Assembly (NCBI RefSeq): GCF_030028105.1
Contig: NC_092372.1
Span: forward strand, 172,242,058 to 172,306,057
Direction: 5' to 3'
Source: Mobula birostris
Lineage: Eukaryota
DNA: 64,000 bases
The notes under the pieces were generated by a model. It did not search any database, was not told where the DNA came from, and worked only from the letters and a program-made list of their open reading frames with translations. Every line of letters begins with the position of its first letter. Position 1 is the stretch's first letter. The position numbers and the translations under genes are program-made. Shown here piece after piece: positions 25,951 to 37,964 of the stretch.

Positions 25951-27671
25951 TTCCGTGTGTTTGTCATAACTATTGCTTTTATAGCTCCATGTTAATTAGA
26001 ATACATTATCTCCAATCATGCACTGCAAGGTTTCTTCCTGAGGCTACACTGCTTATTACATTGGGGTACACACAAGTCCATGCAGTGGTAAGCTGGGTCT
26101 CCAATTGTCACCTCCTTTCCACTGGACCAAAACTTCACATTGTCAAGATCAGGGAATAGTTGATGTGAAACATCCAATGTGCATTTAAAGAACCAATACA
26201 CTGATGTCTTCCACTCCTCATTGGAAGCAAGTTATTCTCAATTCCAAGGGTTTACCCAAGTAGAAATAACTACATACAAACATCCTGGTCTGTACCATTT
26301 ATCTTGTCCCATGCTTTGTATAATATCCAATTTAAACATGGTTGGTGTCTACCAGCTGTTATGACTATTCAATGGCAACAATGATTATGATATGATAATG
26401 TCTTCAGGTGAATGTTCATACAGAATAACTTTCTAATTCAAACCAATCAGATAAGCCCAGAGACATGGTGCATTCCTAATCTGTTCAACATAATCCAGGC
26501 AATTTCAGGACAGGATCAGTGAAGTATAACCAATCATCCTTATATCTCCATTATTGGTCAATGGAGAGGTCCATTCTTACAGGGCACTCTTTTGCACCAA
26601 CTGGAAAGTAAACCATTTGTTATCTACTTGGATGATTTCTAGATGTCAATCAAACATTTTGTTCCCATCCACTGTTTATAATTGATAGATATAATCTTCA
26701 AAGAAAATGAAAGCAACGGTCTATTTCATTGAATTTTCCACATTTTGCTTGGAATGTTTGTAACAATGTCCTGTGGACTAAGTCATGAATCCAGGTCACT
26801 CCTCGACAATCCGAACAGTGGACTATCTTAATTCCCACATTCAGCAGATTCTATTTGATTTCCTTGGAGTGAATGATATGCAGATCAGCAAACAAGTATA
26901 TTACAACAAAATATAAATGTGATTTCAATTAGCTTATGCAGATTAATGCCAAATTTATAAGGAAATGCTTTCAGGGGAGTAAGCAGGTTAAATGGTTCTT
27001 TCATTCTGAGTCTCAAATCAGACTGAGGTTGCTAGAGTCTTACCAAAGGCATCTATGTAAAAATGTTTGAACATCTTATTAGAATTCACAGCTCCAAGTT
27101 CTCCTAGCATGCTGATAAATTATCAATTGCATGCCATCTGCAAGAGTTAGCATGCAAATATGAGTAAAGTTGCCTTTAAATGTTTAACATGCAGGTTTGG
27201 CTTGTAGCAGCAGAAACAGGTGCTAATCTGACGAGTGCCGACCGAAATGATGCCACAGCTATGTTTATTTCCTGTATCCTTATAGCAAATGTTCTAGCTG
27301 TACAGACTTAGATATGCTTAGACCTTGATGGGGTGTCAGAATATATCCCAGGAACTAAAATATTGAGCACTAGAGCACCAGAGGAAGGACTTCTATTTAT
27401 ACACATCAATACTGATGGCATAGCTGTACTGTCCTTCTATAGTAGAAGTCTAATGACCAGTGACCAGCTTCTTACCATGCCAGGCTGGGGAGAGTTGCAC
27501 AGCCAATGAGGGAGACAGTAACTTCCATCACCTGCAAAATGGAGGTGATGAGGGAGAATTATGTGCAGAGTGAAGGTTGTCTAAATTGACAGCGGGAGAT
27601 AGTTCAGCTGAAAAGTTGAGTGGAGCATAGGCACATGGAATTTAATCCCAACAAATGTGAGGTGATCCAAT

Positions 27672-28270
27672 CACAAACAAGAGAAAATCTGCAGATGCAG
27701 GAAATCTGAGCAACACACACAAAGTGCTAGAGGAACTCACCAGGCCAGGCAGCATCTATGGAAAAGAGTACAGTCGACATTTTAGGTCGAGACCCTTCAG
27801 CAGGACTGGAGGAAAATAAGTTAAGGAGTAGAGTTGAAAGGTGGGGAGAGGGGAGGGAGAAACACAAGGTGACATGTAAAACCTGAAGGGGGATGGGTGA
27901 AAGAAGGAGCTGGGAAATTGATTGGTGAAAAAGACAGAAAGTCATGGAAGAAAGAAAAGGGGGAGGAGCACCAGATGGAGGTGATGGACAGGCAAGGAGA
28001 TAAAGTGAGAGAAGGAAAAGGGGATGGGAAGTGGTGAAGGGGGGCATTACTGGAAGTCTGAGAAATCAATGTTCATGCCATCAGATTGGAAGCTACCCAA
28101 ACAGAATATAAGGTGTTATTCCTCCAACTTAAGTGTGGCCTCACCATGACAGTGGAGGAGGCCAGGGATAGACGTATCGGAATGGGAATGGAAAGTGGAA
28201 TTAAAATGGGTGGCCACAGGAAGATCCTGCTTTTTCTGGCGGATGGATGGTGTTCGGCAAGGAGGTGATG
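27672..28270 (-). mobile_element. Penelope-like element 3' fragment
   Basis: Reverse-complement homology to 38830-39448 (GIY-YIG C-terminus LEEQHLIF..., pyrimidine-rich UTR, hammerhead-type terminus). Confidence 0.85.
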
Positions 28271-28563
28271 CCTTTTTTGCAAGTCAAATAAATGTAAAAC
28301 ATACACAGTAAGTGTTGGGGCGTAAAGAAATGCTGACAAATAGAAAAGACCTATAGGTCCAAGACCACTGTTCCCTGAAAGTGACCTTACAGATAGAAAG
28401 GTTGGTAAGAAGGCATATTGCTTGCTTACCTCAAAAGGTTGGGGAATGTTGTGTTTCAACTTTACAAAATATTGGTTAAGCTCCACTTCGAGTATTGTGT
28501 GCAATTCTGGTCACTGCGTTACAGCCAGGATGTAACTGGTTGTTGAAGATAGTGTAGAGGAGA

Positions 28564-28867
28564 CAGACTCAGCGGATTGAGTGGATGAGATCAATGGAAG
28601 GTCCAACGGTCAAGAAGGTGGTCTCTGCAAACATTGTGGAACATGTAGAGCAGAACAAGACACAGTAGATGTCCTGGTCATCTACTGTGCCTAGTCCCAT
28701 CTCCAGCCGTCTCGACTCTGTCTTGGCAATGGATCCAGATGGGAATTGGGAAGAGAGAGCGAGGCTGACGCTGCGCAACTCTCCCTCACTTAAATCCAAA
28801 TCAAGCGCTAGTCTCGACACCATCACAATGGTGTCAAGGTCCTCATCGACGTCGACGATGGACGAAC
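28564..28867 (+). mobile_element. Unclassified ~300-bp insertion (probably a non-LTR 3' end or SINE) with 8-bp TSD
   Basis: Flanked by AGAGGAGA at 28556-28563 and 28868-28875 inside the CR1 RRFTRML-coding segment. No TIRs. Confidence 0.7.
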
Positions 28868-31252
28868 AGAGGAGATTCACTAGGATGTTACTTGGATTGA
28901 AGAATTTTTAATCAGAAGAAGGATTGGACGGGTTGGGTTTGTTTCTCCTAGAGCAACGGAGGCTGAGAGGTGACCCAAAGAAAATGTATAATACTATTAA
29001 GCAAAGATAGGGTTGATAGGCAAATTTCCCCCCACGTAGGTATATTAAAAACAAGTGGAAATGGTTTTAAAATAAAAAAGGAGTCTTAAAGGGGATCCTA
29101 GACGTAAATTATTTTACACAGAGTGGTTAATATCTGGAAAGTGTTTCCAAAGGCAGTAGTCAAGTAAGATGTAATAACTTTTTAAAATTACAATTAGACA
29201 GGTGCTTGAATAGGCAAGGCACAGAAAGATACTCTAATGCAATTAGAGTAGATGGCATGGTCATCAGAGGAAGAAGAGCCTGTTTCCGTGCTGTATAACT
29301 CCATAATGTAGAATCCAGGTGGTCAGGCAACCCTTGGAGTACATGCTGCCAGGCTCCAACAATAGCCAACACTTACCATGACAGCAGATTGCAGCCTTCA
29401 CCCTTACTTGTCTGCACTGAGCAACCACACCACTTACCCTAACAGGCAGCCTCACCACAGTGAGCTGTGGGATCACAAGCCAAGGACAGGGATTTTCACC
29501 AGGTTCCCTCCACAGCTGTGAGAAGCAGTGGGGAAGGCAGATACTCATGCTAGATTCCCCCCCAAGCAGACATCTTTTTTGTTGTACAGGGCAGTACATA
29601 ACTGAGTGTTCAGAGGTAGGTCCAACAGCACTGTAACAAATCAGCGCTTCTAAATGATATACCAGTGTAGTGATCCATTCGAAAACTGGAATAGCAGAAA
29701 ATCAAATAACCTCCAACTGCTCTCAATTCCATTAGTGACATTTTTTACTTGAGGGAAACCTAAGAGTAGTGACTCTACTAGAATCCATTCACCAGGATGA
29801 GGTTGGAAGAATTTATCAAAGGCTTTTAATAAGACAAAGGAAGTACGTAGAACAGAAATATTGATGCAGGTGTATATATAGTGTATTATGTACTGTAAAA
29901 GAAAGATTGCCCACATTTTCCATGAATGGTGTTGTTAAGGTTCTTATGATGAAGGGAATATAAGGAATTGTAGACTCACCACTTGACATGGCTATCGGTA
30001 AAATAAACTGGCATGTCAGGAAGAAATTCTGAACATCTGTGAAAGTAAGTCAATGCATGGATAATAAATTATTTTTTTAAAGACCTAACCTTATCCAATA
30101 TCAGCTTAAACAGTGATGATGAAGCAAGAAAATATTAGTTGAAACAAAGAATCCCTTGCAAAGAACAAGAAGAAACATCACTTGAATGTATTCCCCCATT
30201 CAACAAAAGCGTTAACTCTGCTGTGACTTCATTTTGTTAACTACAGGTGCTAAGGGAGTCCCCAAGGTGATTGAAAATATATTAATACCAGATATAAAAT
30301 TAACAACTAACCTAACATCAAGTACCTTTTGTGCATGTCCCAGACGTGATTCTCACTTCAGACCTTAAGAGGGAGCAGACAGCAATTTCATCATATGATT
30401 TTTTTTTAAATAACCTTCTGGCAGTTGTTTTTTAAAGCTGCTGCTATTATCATTAGATGTGTTGAATGAGATAGCATTCACAAGAACCTTTTTTCTGTTT
30501 AATAAAGTAGCTTCATAAATAAAATGTAGTTTGATAATTCATTCATTTAATTTTAGAGAATGGAATCCTTCTCAATTTCAACATTATACTACAAATTAGC
30601 AAATAATAAGTGTAACAATATATTTAGGAAATTATATATTCTATTTCCTTTGCTTTAAAGGATATTCCTTTATATTATGTAATAAGCCAACAATATTTAA
30701 GCTAATCTCTAATATATGGCTAATATATCTTTATAACAATACCAAATTCCCTTGGATTTATTTGTTCTAGCATTTAATAGAATTCATTTAGTTATTTTGG
30801 ATTCTATTTCCCTTCATCTGTGGTGTCCATAGTTACGGGCTGCCTTGAAGTTCACTATAATTGGTTTCACTACCAGGAAGAACCAGGGAGCAATAAGATG
30901 TTTCAAGATTGAAAGCATCTAAATTCCTCAAAGTAAATAAAAAATCAGGCTTGAAGAACATGAAAGCAGAGGTCCAGCATGAAACCTGTGACCTAAAAGA
31001 TAGAAGGGTCATTAATGTCTATTGGAAGTAACATTGTATAGGCCTCGTCAATTATAGTTCTTGCCTCCATGCTAAAGCAACATACTTAGACCAATCTTAT
31101 TCCTGATCCCCTGACCAAACTAAAATCAAAAAGCCCAGATTCCATCCAAAAGTAATTTGTCTCCATTTGTTAGATAGAATGAAACCAAACTACCATCAGG
31201 AGTGGAACTGATGTTTAGGACTAACAGGAATCTGTGCAGCATAGAGGGATTA

Positions 31253-31856
31253 CAGACATCCCACCTTGCAAAAACTCATTTCAGGGAGGTAGCATCATCA
31301 ATTTGCGGGAGACTTCCGGGAGAGGTGGGATGTCTACAATAGAGTAGCTCCTTAGCAGCTAGCCAGCTCGTTTAAATAACGTTAGATATGCTAATGAACG
31401 AATAACACCTGTTAAACTCACCTCAACATGTCTTTTACAGTCTTAACCCACCATGGGCAATAGAAAAGTCACCGTTGCAAACAGTGCAGCGAGTAACACT
31501 GTCATTATTTTGACCCCTATTAGGCAGGGGTACACTTTAGTGTAGTCTGGGGTGACGTATGTTTTTTTTGGAACACTCTGCAATGACGTGCTCTCTCTCT
31601 TTCTCGTGGTCACTCGTGCGCTCTCGCTTGCTCTCTCTCGCTCTCTCTCCCTCTCTTGCTTGCTTTCGCTCTTGCTTGCTTTCTCGCTCGCTCGCTCTCT
31701 CTCGCTCTCTCTCGCGCGCGCTCTCTCTCTTGCTTTTCTCTCACTCGCTCTCAAAAAAATTGATTTCCGTGATATTGTATATAATTTGCGGGCATCAGGG
31801 AGCCACTATTAACATGCGGGAGACTCCCGGAAGTTCTGGGAGAGGTGGGATGTCTG
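31253..31856 (-). mobile_element. Non-autonomous hAT-like DNA transposon (BED-finger remnant), 6-bp TSD
   Basis: TIR CAGACATCCCACC at both ends. Flanks GGATTA/GGACTA. Minus strand encodes YVTPDYTKVYPCLIGVK... BED-like remnant. Confidence 0.8.
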
Positions 31857-33120
31857 GGACTATTACACTCTGAAATCAAGGACTTTGAAACTATTGAGAT
31901 TGTAAGTATTATACGCAACATCCACATGACAAAGGCCCTCTATTAACTTGCAACTTCCTGTCCAACTCTGTTCTCTGAAAATAATGATCATCTTGAGATC
32001 CTTGAAAACAAGGACCACTACCAAGAGATGTGAATTTTACCACCAACTGCACAGCATTTTCATCATGTGAGGATGAACCAACAAAGCTCATGGTCTGCTG
32101 GTCTGCAGTGGATCTTGTCATTCTGTATGCTTTAAAGAGCAAGATTATTTACAGCAGGCCTCTCAAGGCACCCAAAAGATACAACTAACACTGTTTCTGC
32201 AAAATCTTTCATATTCACTAGACATATAAGCAAAACAATCAGTATGTTCTGTTAACATACCACACACTGAAGCCACAGGTAAACTCAGTCAGCTATATTA
32301 GATAGGCTACAACCCAAAGCCAAAGCTTTTTTCAGTCTGTTGGGGGGAGAAGAACATTCAAGTGGAGGGAAAAGATTTAATGATGTTCTCAATGCTGCTT
32401 TAAAGAAAACCCACATCCGCACTGACTTCTGGGACCTAGTGCAGGGTTTCATTGACAATTCCTCTCTTCCCCTAAAGGTGCTGCTCAACCTACTCTCTTC
32501 CACTAGCAGATTTGTTTCCAGCATTTGCAATCTCTTGTGAATCCATTATAACACAACTTACCTGAACAATTTGCCAATTTGTGTCAAAGGATGAGCAACT
32601 TTATGTTGCAAGCCGACATTCATTGGGAACTATAAGCCCTCTGCTAAGTTCACCAGCCAATTATCAGGCATCTCCCCATAATAATACATTTCTAAATAAT
32701 TATTCCAATTCAGAACCACATAAAGAGATGTTCTGATGCCATGTAAAATTTTATAAAAATGAATCGTTTTGTTACTTTTATAATAACTTAAAATGTGGTC
32801 TCATCTAGTATGTGGCTAGATCAATATGTATTCTTCTCAGAAGCACTGATTTACTAATTTCACTTTGTTTATGGCTGTAGTTTCACTATGTGAAATATCT
32901 AATGAACATCTTATGCACACAACTGCAACAATTGCAAATTTTGAAAAGAACGTGAGGAACAGTGGTTATATTGCTGCAACTACTGAGAAGTGAGGTGACA
33001 ATCCTTAAAGGGTATGATGGAAACCCATTCGTAAAGTTTTAGCACTTTTTAAAAGAAATATATCAGTGCAAGCAGAGCTGGAATTCTGAGTTAGACCTCA
33101 CAAAAGCAGCATTAAGTTAC

Positions 33121-33888
33121 CAGACATCCCACCTCTCCCAGAAGTTCTGGGAGTCTCCCGCATATTAATAGTGGTTCCCTGATGGCCGCAAGTTATATAC
33201 AATGTCCCGGAAATTGATTTTTTTGAGAGCGAGTGTGAGGGAACATGCGAGAAAGAGCGAGAGAGCGAATACAAGAGCAAGAAAGCAAGCACGAAACAGC
33301 GAGCACGAAACAGCGAGCGCGAGAGCGAGCGAGAGAGAGCAAGAGCAAGCGCGAGTGAGAGCGACCATGAGAGAGAGAGTTGATGAGAGCAAGCCAGAAA
33401 GCAAAAGCAAGAAAGCAAGCGTGAGAGAGCGAGCGTGAGTGAGCAACGAGAGAGAGCGTGAGAGCGAGAAAGCAAGTGCGCACGAGAGCGAGAGCAAGAG
33501 TGAGAAAGCAAGCACGAGAGAGCGAGCGCGCGTGCGCGCGAGAGAGGGCGAGATTGTTCCAAAAAAAAGAAAATATGAAATGTACGTCACCCCAGACTAC
33601 ACTAAAGTGTACCCCTGCCTAATAGGGGTCAAAAATAATGACAGTGTTGCTCGCTGCACTGTTTGCAACAGTGACTTTTCTATTGCCCATAGTGGGTTAA
33701 GATTGTAAAAGACATGTTGAGGTGAGTTTAACAGGTGTTATTCGTTCATTAGCATAGCTAATGTTATTTAAACTAGCTGGCTAGTTGCTAAGGAGCAGAC
33801 ATCCCACCTCTCCCGGAAGTTCCGGGAGTCTCCTGCAAATTGATGATGCTACCTCCCTGAAATGAGTTTTTGCAGGGTGGGATGTCTG
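33121..33888 (+). mobile_element. Second copy of the hAT-like element, opposite orientation
   Basis: TIR CAGACATCCCACC. Flanks AGTTAC/GGTTAC. ORF 33439-33708 KKRKYEMYVTPDYTKVYPCLIGVKNNDSVARCTVCNSDFSIAHSG (BED-type zinc finger). Internal GA/GC-rich low-complexity tract. Confidence 0.82.
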
Positions 33889-33949
33889 GGTTACAGGCTC
33901 AGTTTCACAAGCCCTACCATCTGCTTATATTTCCTCCTCCCAACAGTTT

Positions 33950-34810
33950 TCGAATTAGAATTAGAATTTTATTTCTTACATCCATCTCACACATGAGGAA
34001 GTAAAAATCTGTATGTTGCATTGCTATGTACAAGCAATAAGGAAGGGAAATGTGGGAGGATATTGCCCAAAACTAAAATTGTATACATAATTGTTTTGTA
34101 TACATGTATGCACAGTCAGATATGCAATCAGATCAATCTGTATTGATCAATCTGATGGCCTGGTGAAAGAAGTTGTCCCAGAGCCTGTAGGTCCTGGCCT
34201 TAGTGCTGTGGTATCGTTTGCCAGATGGAAGCCGCTGAAACAGTTTGAGGTTCGGTGGCTGGAGTCCCTGATGATCCTTCAGGCCCTTTTGACGCTCCTG
34301 CTGCTGTAAATGTCCTGAATAGAGGACAGTTCACATCCGCAGATGCGCTGGGCTGTCCGCACCACTCTCTGCAGTACCACGCAGTTGAAGGTGATGCAGC
34401 CGTTAGGATGCTCTCGATGGTGCCCCTGTAGAAAGTCCTGAGGATTCAGGGCCTCATGCCAAACTTCTTCAGCTGTCTGAGGTGAAAGAGGTGCTGTTGT
34501 GCTTTTTTCACCACACAGCCGGTATGTATAGTCCAGGTGAGCTCCTCGGTGATGTGTATACTGAGGAACCTGAAACTACTCACCCTCTCAAATACAGTCC
34601 CATTGATATCAATAGGGGCTAGTCTGTCTCCATTCCTCCTGTAATCCATGATCAACACCTTAATTTTTTCAACATTGATGCAGAGGTTGCATTCTTCGCA
34701 CCACATTGTCAGGGTGTTGACTTCTCCTCTGTAGGCTGTCTCATCATTGTTGGAAATAAGGGCCATCAATGGTGCTCATCTGCAAATTTGATCAGCAGAT
34801 TGGAGCTGGC
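33950..34810 (-). mobile_element. Rex1-type LINE 3' fragment
   Basis: ORF 34446-34769 DETAYRGEV...WC...FRFLSIHITEELTW...KKAQQHLFHLRQLKKFG. Confidence 0.85.
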
Positions 34811-34917
34811 TTTCACGTAAGGTGATAAGTAAGTGTTGCCCATCAACAAAGCATCTAAGAGAAGTGTTGGATGCCAGACACATTTTTTAAGTACCACACC
34901 TGTTTTATACCCTACAT

Positions 34918-34997
34918 CTGGGGTTCCCAACCTAGGATCCACTGACTCCTCCTTTAATTGTAGGGGTCCATGGCAGAGAAAAGGTTGAGAATCCCTG
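34918..34997. mobile_element. 80-bp hAT (Charlie-type) MITE
   Basis: Perfect 8-bp TSD CCCTACAT (34910-34917 and 34998-35005). Imperfect TIRs CTGGGGTTCCCAACC / GGTTGAGAATCCCTG. Confidence 0.85.
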
Positions 34998-35877
34998 CCC
35001 TACATGAAGGTTGACCAAAGTGAAATTTATTGCAAGCTATTTAAATGGTTTCAGCAAAGGCATCAGCAGAGAATTGACATGATTGAGAACGATCCCCATT
35101 GTTCAGGTGCAGGGCCGTAGATGTAGATGTAGATGGGTGCTTTGACAGGTTGCAGCACTGACCTTAGTCATACATCATCTGGCAGAGACCATGAATGGGC
35201 ATCAGATCAGGGTCAGATGCTGGTGTCCTAGAGTAAAAGAAGTTAGCACATGGTTGCTTTTATGTGAGGAAACTTATTTTTTTTATCAGCGACAATGCAG
35301 ATCTTGGTGTAGCTAAAGGCAGTATCCAGTGCTAACTGGGTCCAAAACAATTAAGATTTCTCCTCGTTGCACACTTCACATATACTGTATCTGAGGAATA
35401 TGCTTCCTTCACATGTCTGTGCCACCATTGAGGCTGCTTCTTCATTTTGATGTTTCTTCCATGGGTCATTCCCCCAAGAATATGTAAGTACTGTTGATGT
35501 CAATTTACTAGCCAATGCCACACAAAAACTATGCCACAACTTCATTAACAATCTTTAAGTGTTTACGAGTGGCTGTTGTTCATAGGAGTGGAGAAAAGAA
35601 TCACATCAGTTCTGTATACTCTAAGAAATTGTCACATGTATACAAGTTGAGAACTGATTCATTTTGGTGCACAAAATATTATAATAGCAATTAGCATTTT
35701 ACAAAATAGCATTTTAAAACACTGACTATTGATCCTGTATAAACACTAAAACAAAATATTATAAATCTCCTAAATTGGAATGATGAAGGTGAGAGAAAAT
35801 CCTGGGTGAGGACTACTCTACCGGAAAGAGGTTTGTTGAGTTTGGTGATTGATTAACATGGCCAATTGAAACACAAA

Positions 35878-36392
35878 ATTTGGAGAGGGTCTAGAGGATG
35901 TCCTCAAGAGTGACCCCAGGAATGAAAGGGTTAACATATGCATTTGATGGCTCTTGGCTTGTACTTGTTGGGGTTTGGAAGAATGAGGGGAGGGTGTGGG
36001 TCTCACTGAAACCTATCAAATACTGAAAGGCCTACATAGAATGGATGTGGAGAGGATGTTTCCTACAGTGGGGCGGGGGGGGGGTGCTCTAAGACTAGAG
36101 GGTGCGGCCTCAAAATAGAAGGATATCTCTTTAGAATAGAGATGTGGAGGAATTTCTTTAGCCAGATGCTGGTGAATATGTGGAATTCACTACTACAGAT
36201 GGATATGGAAGCCAAGTCATTGAGTATATTTAAATCAGAGGAAGATAGGTTCTTGAGTAGTAAGAATATCAGAGGTTACAGGGAGAAGGTAGGAGAATAG
36301 GGTTGAGAGATAATAAATCAGCCATGATTGAATGGTGGAGCAGACCTGATGGGCTGAATGGCCTAATTCTGCTCCTACAGTTTATGGTCTTT
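35878..36392 (+). mobile_element. CR1 LINE 3' fragment
   Basis: tggagagggtctagagg...ctcactgaaacctatcaaatactgaaagg...gggctgaatggcctaattctgctcc, matching the CR1 3' ends elsewhere in the window. Confidence 0.8.
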
Positions 36393-37964
36393 CATAAAAC
36401 ATAAAGAATGGTCATTATAAAAAAGCAAGTGTGTATCCAAGATATGCATTTTTCCACTTAACCGGATTGTGGCCTTATTAAGGATATCTAGTTCCATAAA
36501 CAACCTAAATAAAAATATTGTCCTAAGTCAACTATTTATAAGATTGCAATCGCAATTTTCGTGCACAAATGAGTGAATACACGAGTGTTATGATTACTTT
36601 GAACAGACCAGTCATGCTCCTTGACAATTGTTCAGAAAATAAAACGTTATTTTGGGTTTTGCGGCACCAAGGCTACTGTGCAACCTCCTACTTCCCTCGC
36701 ATTTAATTTCCTTGGAGCAGCTCAACTTGCTCTCTACGGCCCTACAAAGTAATTTTTTCTAATCTGATTTTCATCACTACTTTTCCCCTGCAGCAGATGC
36801 ACAGAGCAATTTCTCATCTTTGATGTTTTATACTTTACTTCACTTTACTTTCTATTTGTTGCCCTTGATTCCTCTCTTAATCTCTTCCTCCATGTAAACT
36901 TTTTTCCCATACAGTGCAGTCAACCATTGGATTATTTTAGTTCATGCGCCCTTACAACTTCCATTACAACAACCACAGGCAGATCCAAACTAATCATTTT
37001 CTTATTGGTCATTTTCCCTGTCTCCCCTCCATATGATTTTGAGGTAAAGCTCCCCATCCTGATTCACTGAACCTGTATTCTCAATATTCTCAGCCGAGCG
37101 ACATACTTTGCACGAATCTGCTGCTGCTACTGGTATAATCAAGCAAACTGCTGCCTGCTGCCTTTGGTGCCTAATCTTCATTGCAACCCATATCCATTCT
37201 CAACATAGTATCTCCCTTGGTACAGGCCTTATGGGCATTTCCTTATGCCCAAGAAGCACGGGATAGGTGTGAGGAAACTGGAGTACCCAGAGAAATATGA
37301 TGCTGAGCTGCAAAGTCTGTCGGGTTTGTAGCTTAGACCTAGGTTCATTGGAACAGTCCATGGGGACAGGGTAGGGACAGGGATGAGCAGGAGTGAGAGG
37401 TCAGAGGCAGTAACTGAAAAATTAGGGGAAGGAGCTGGAAGCTGGCGTTCAGGTTGAAACGCTCTGAAGTCAGAGGCTAGCAATCCCCAAGGATGGATGT
37501 CTGAGGTTCAAGATCCAAGGTTTGCAGGCCCTGAGAATGAATGACTTGCTGGTGACTGCTGAGGGTGGCAAGTCCTAGGGTCAGAGGTCCAAGGTCAGTG
37601 AGTCCTGGGATTGGAGGCTTGAGGTTGATCAGCGGATCCTAATGTCAGAGGGTCATGGTGTGAAGCCAAGAGGTTGGCGAATCCTGAGGTTGAAGCCCAA
37701 GGCTGGCAAGTCCGGAGATCAAACCATGAAGGCCCTAGGTCAGTGAGTTCAAAGGTTAGATGCCCAATGTCTACAAGACCAGAGACACAGTCTGGTGGAA
37801 GTCAGAGACCTGGAGGTGGCCTCTCCTGGGGTTGGAGCCTTGTCTGTGTAGGTGGGAGGGGGTAGAAAGGGATTTGTTTTGCTCTTGCTTGTTGTATGTT
37901 GACTGCTTCTGTTCTGCTTGTGGGTATGTTCACAATGCTGATCATTGTGGGCATGCTATGTAGG

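Larger units (their letters stand above)
27580..29320 (+). mobile_element. Degraded CR1 LINE 3' part, hosting two nested insertions
   Basis: tggaatttaatcccaacaaatgtgagg (MEFNPNKCE) and ccacttcgagtattgtgtgcaattctggtca (HFEYCVQFWS). CR1 3' end at ~29320. Confidence 0.75.

Noticed and set aside
29640-31200. AT-rich non-repetitive stretch, possible coding or viral remnant
   Set aside because: Frames I read contain stops and no recognisable motif.
31443-33708. Several long Arg/Glu/Ser/Ala- or Leu/Ser-rich ORFs
   Set aside because: Translations of the (GAGC/GA)n low-complexity tracts inside the hAT-like elements.
36500-37200. Pyrimidine tract + CAG (36781-36793) and CCAAT-like motifs suggesting an exon or promoter
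   Set aside because: No downstream open frame or donor that I can tie to a gene. Such motifs arise by chance, and conservation or RNA data would be needed.
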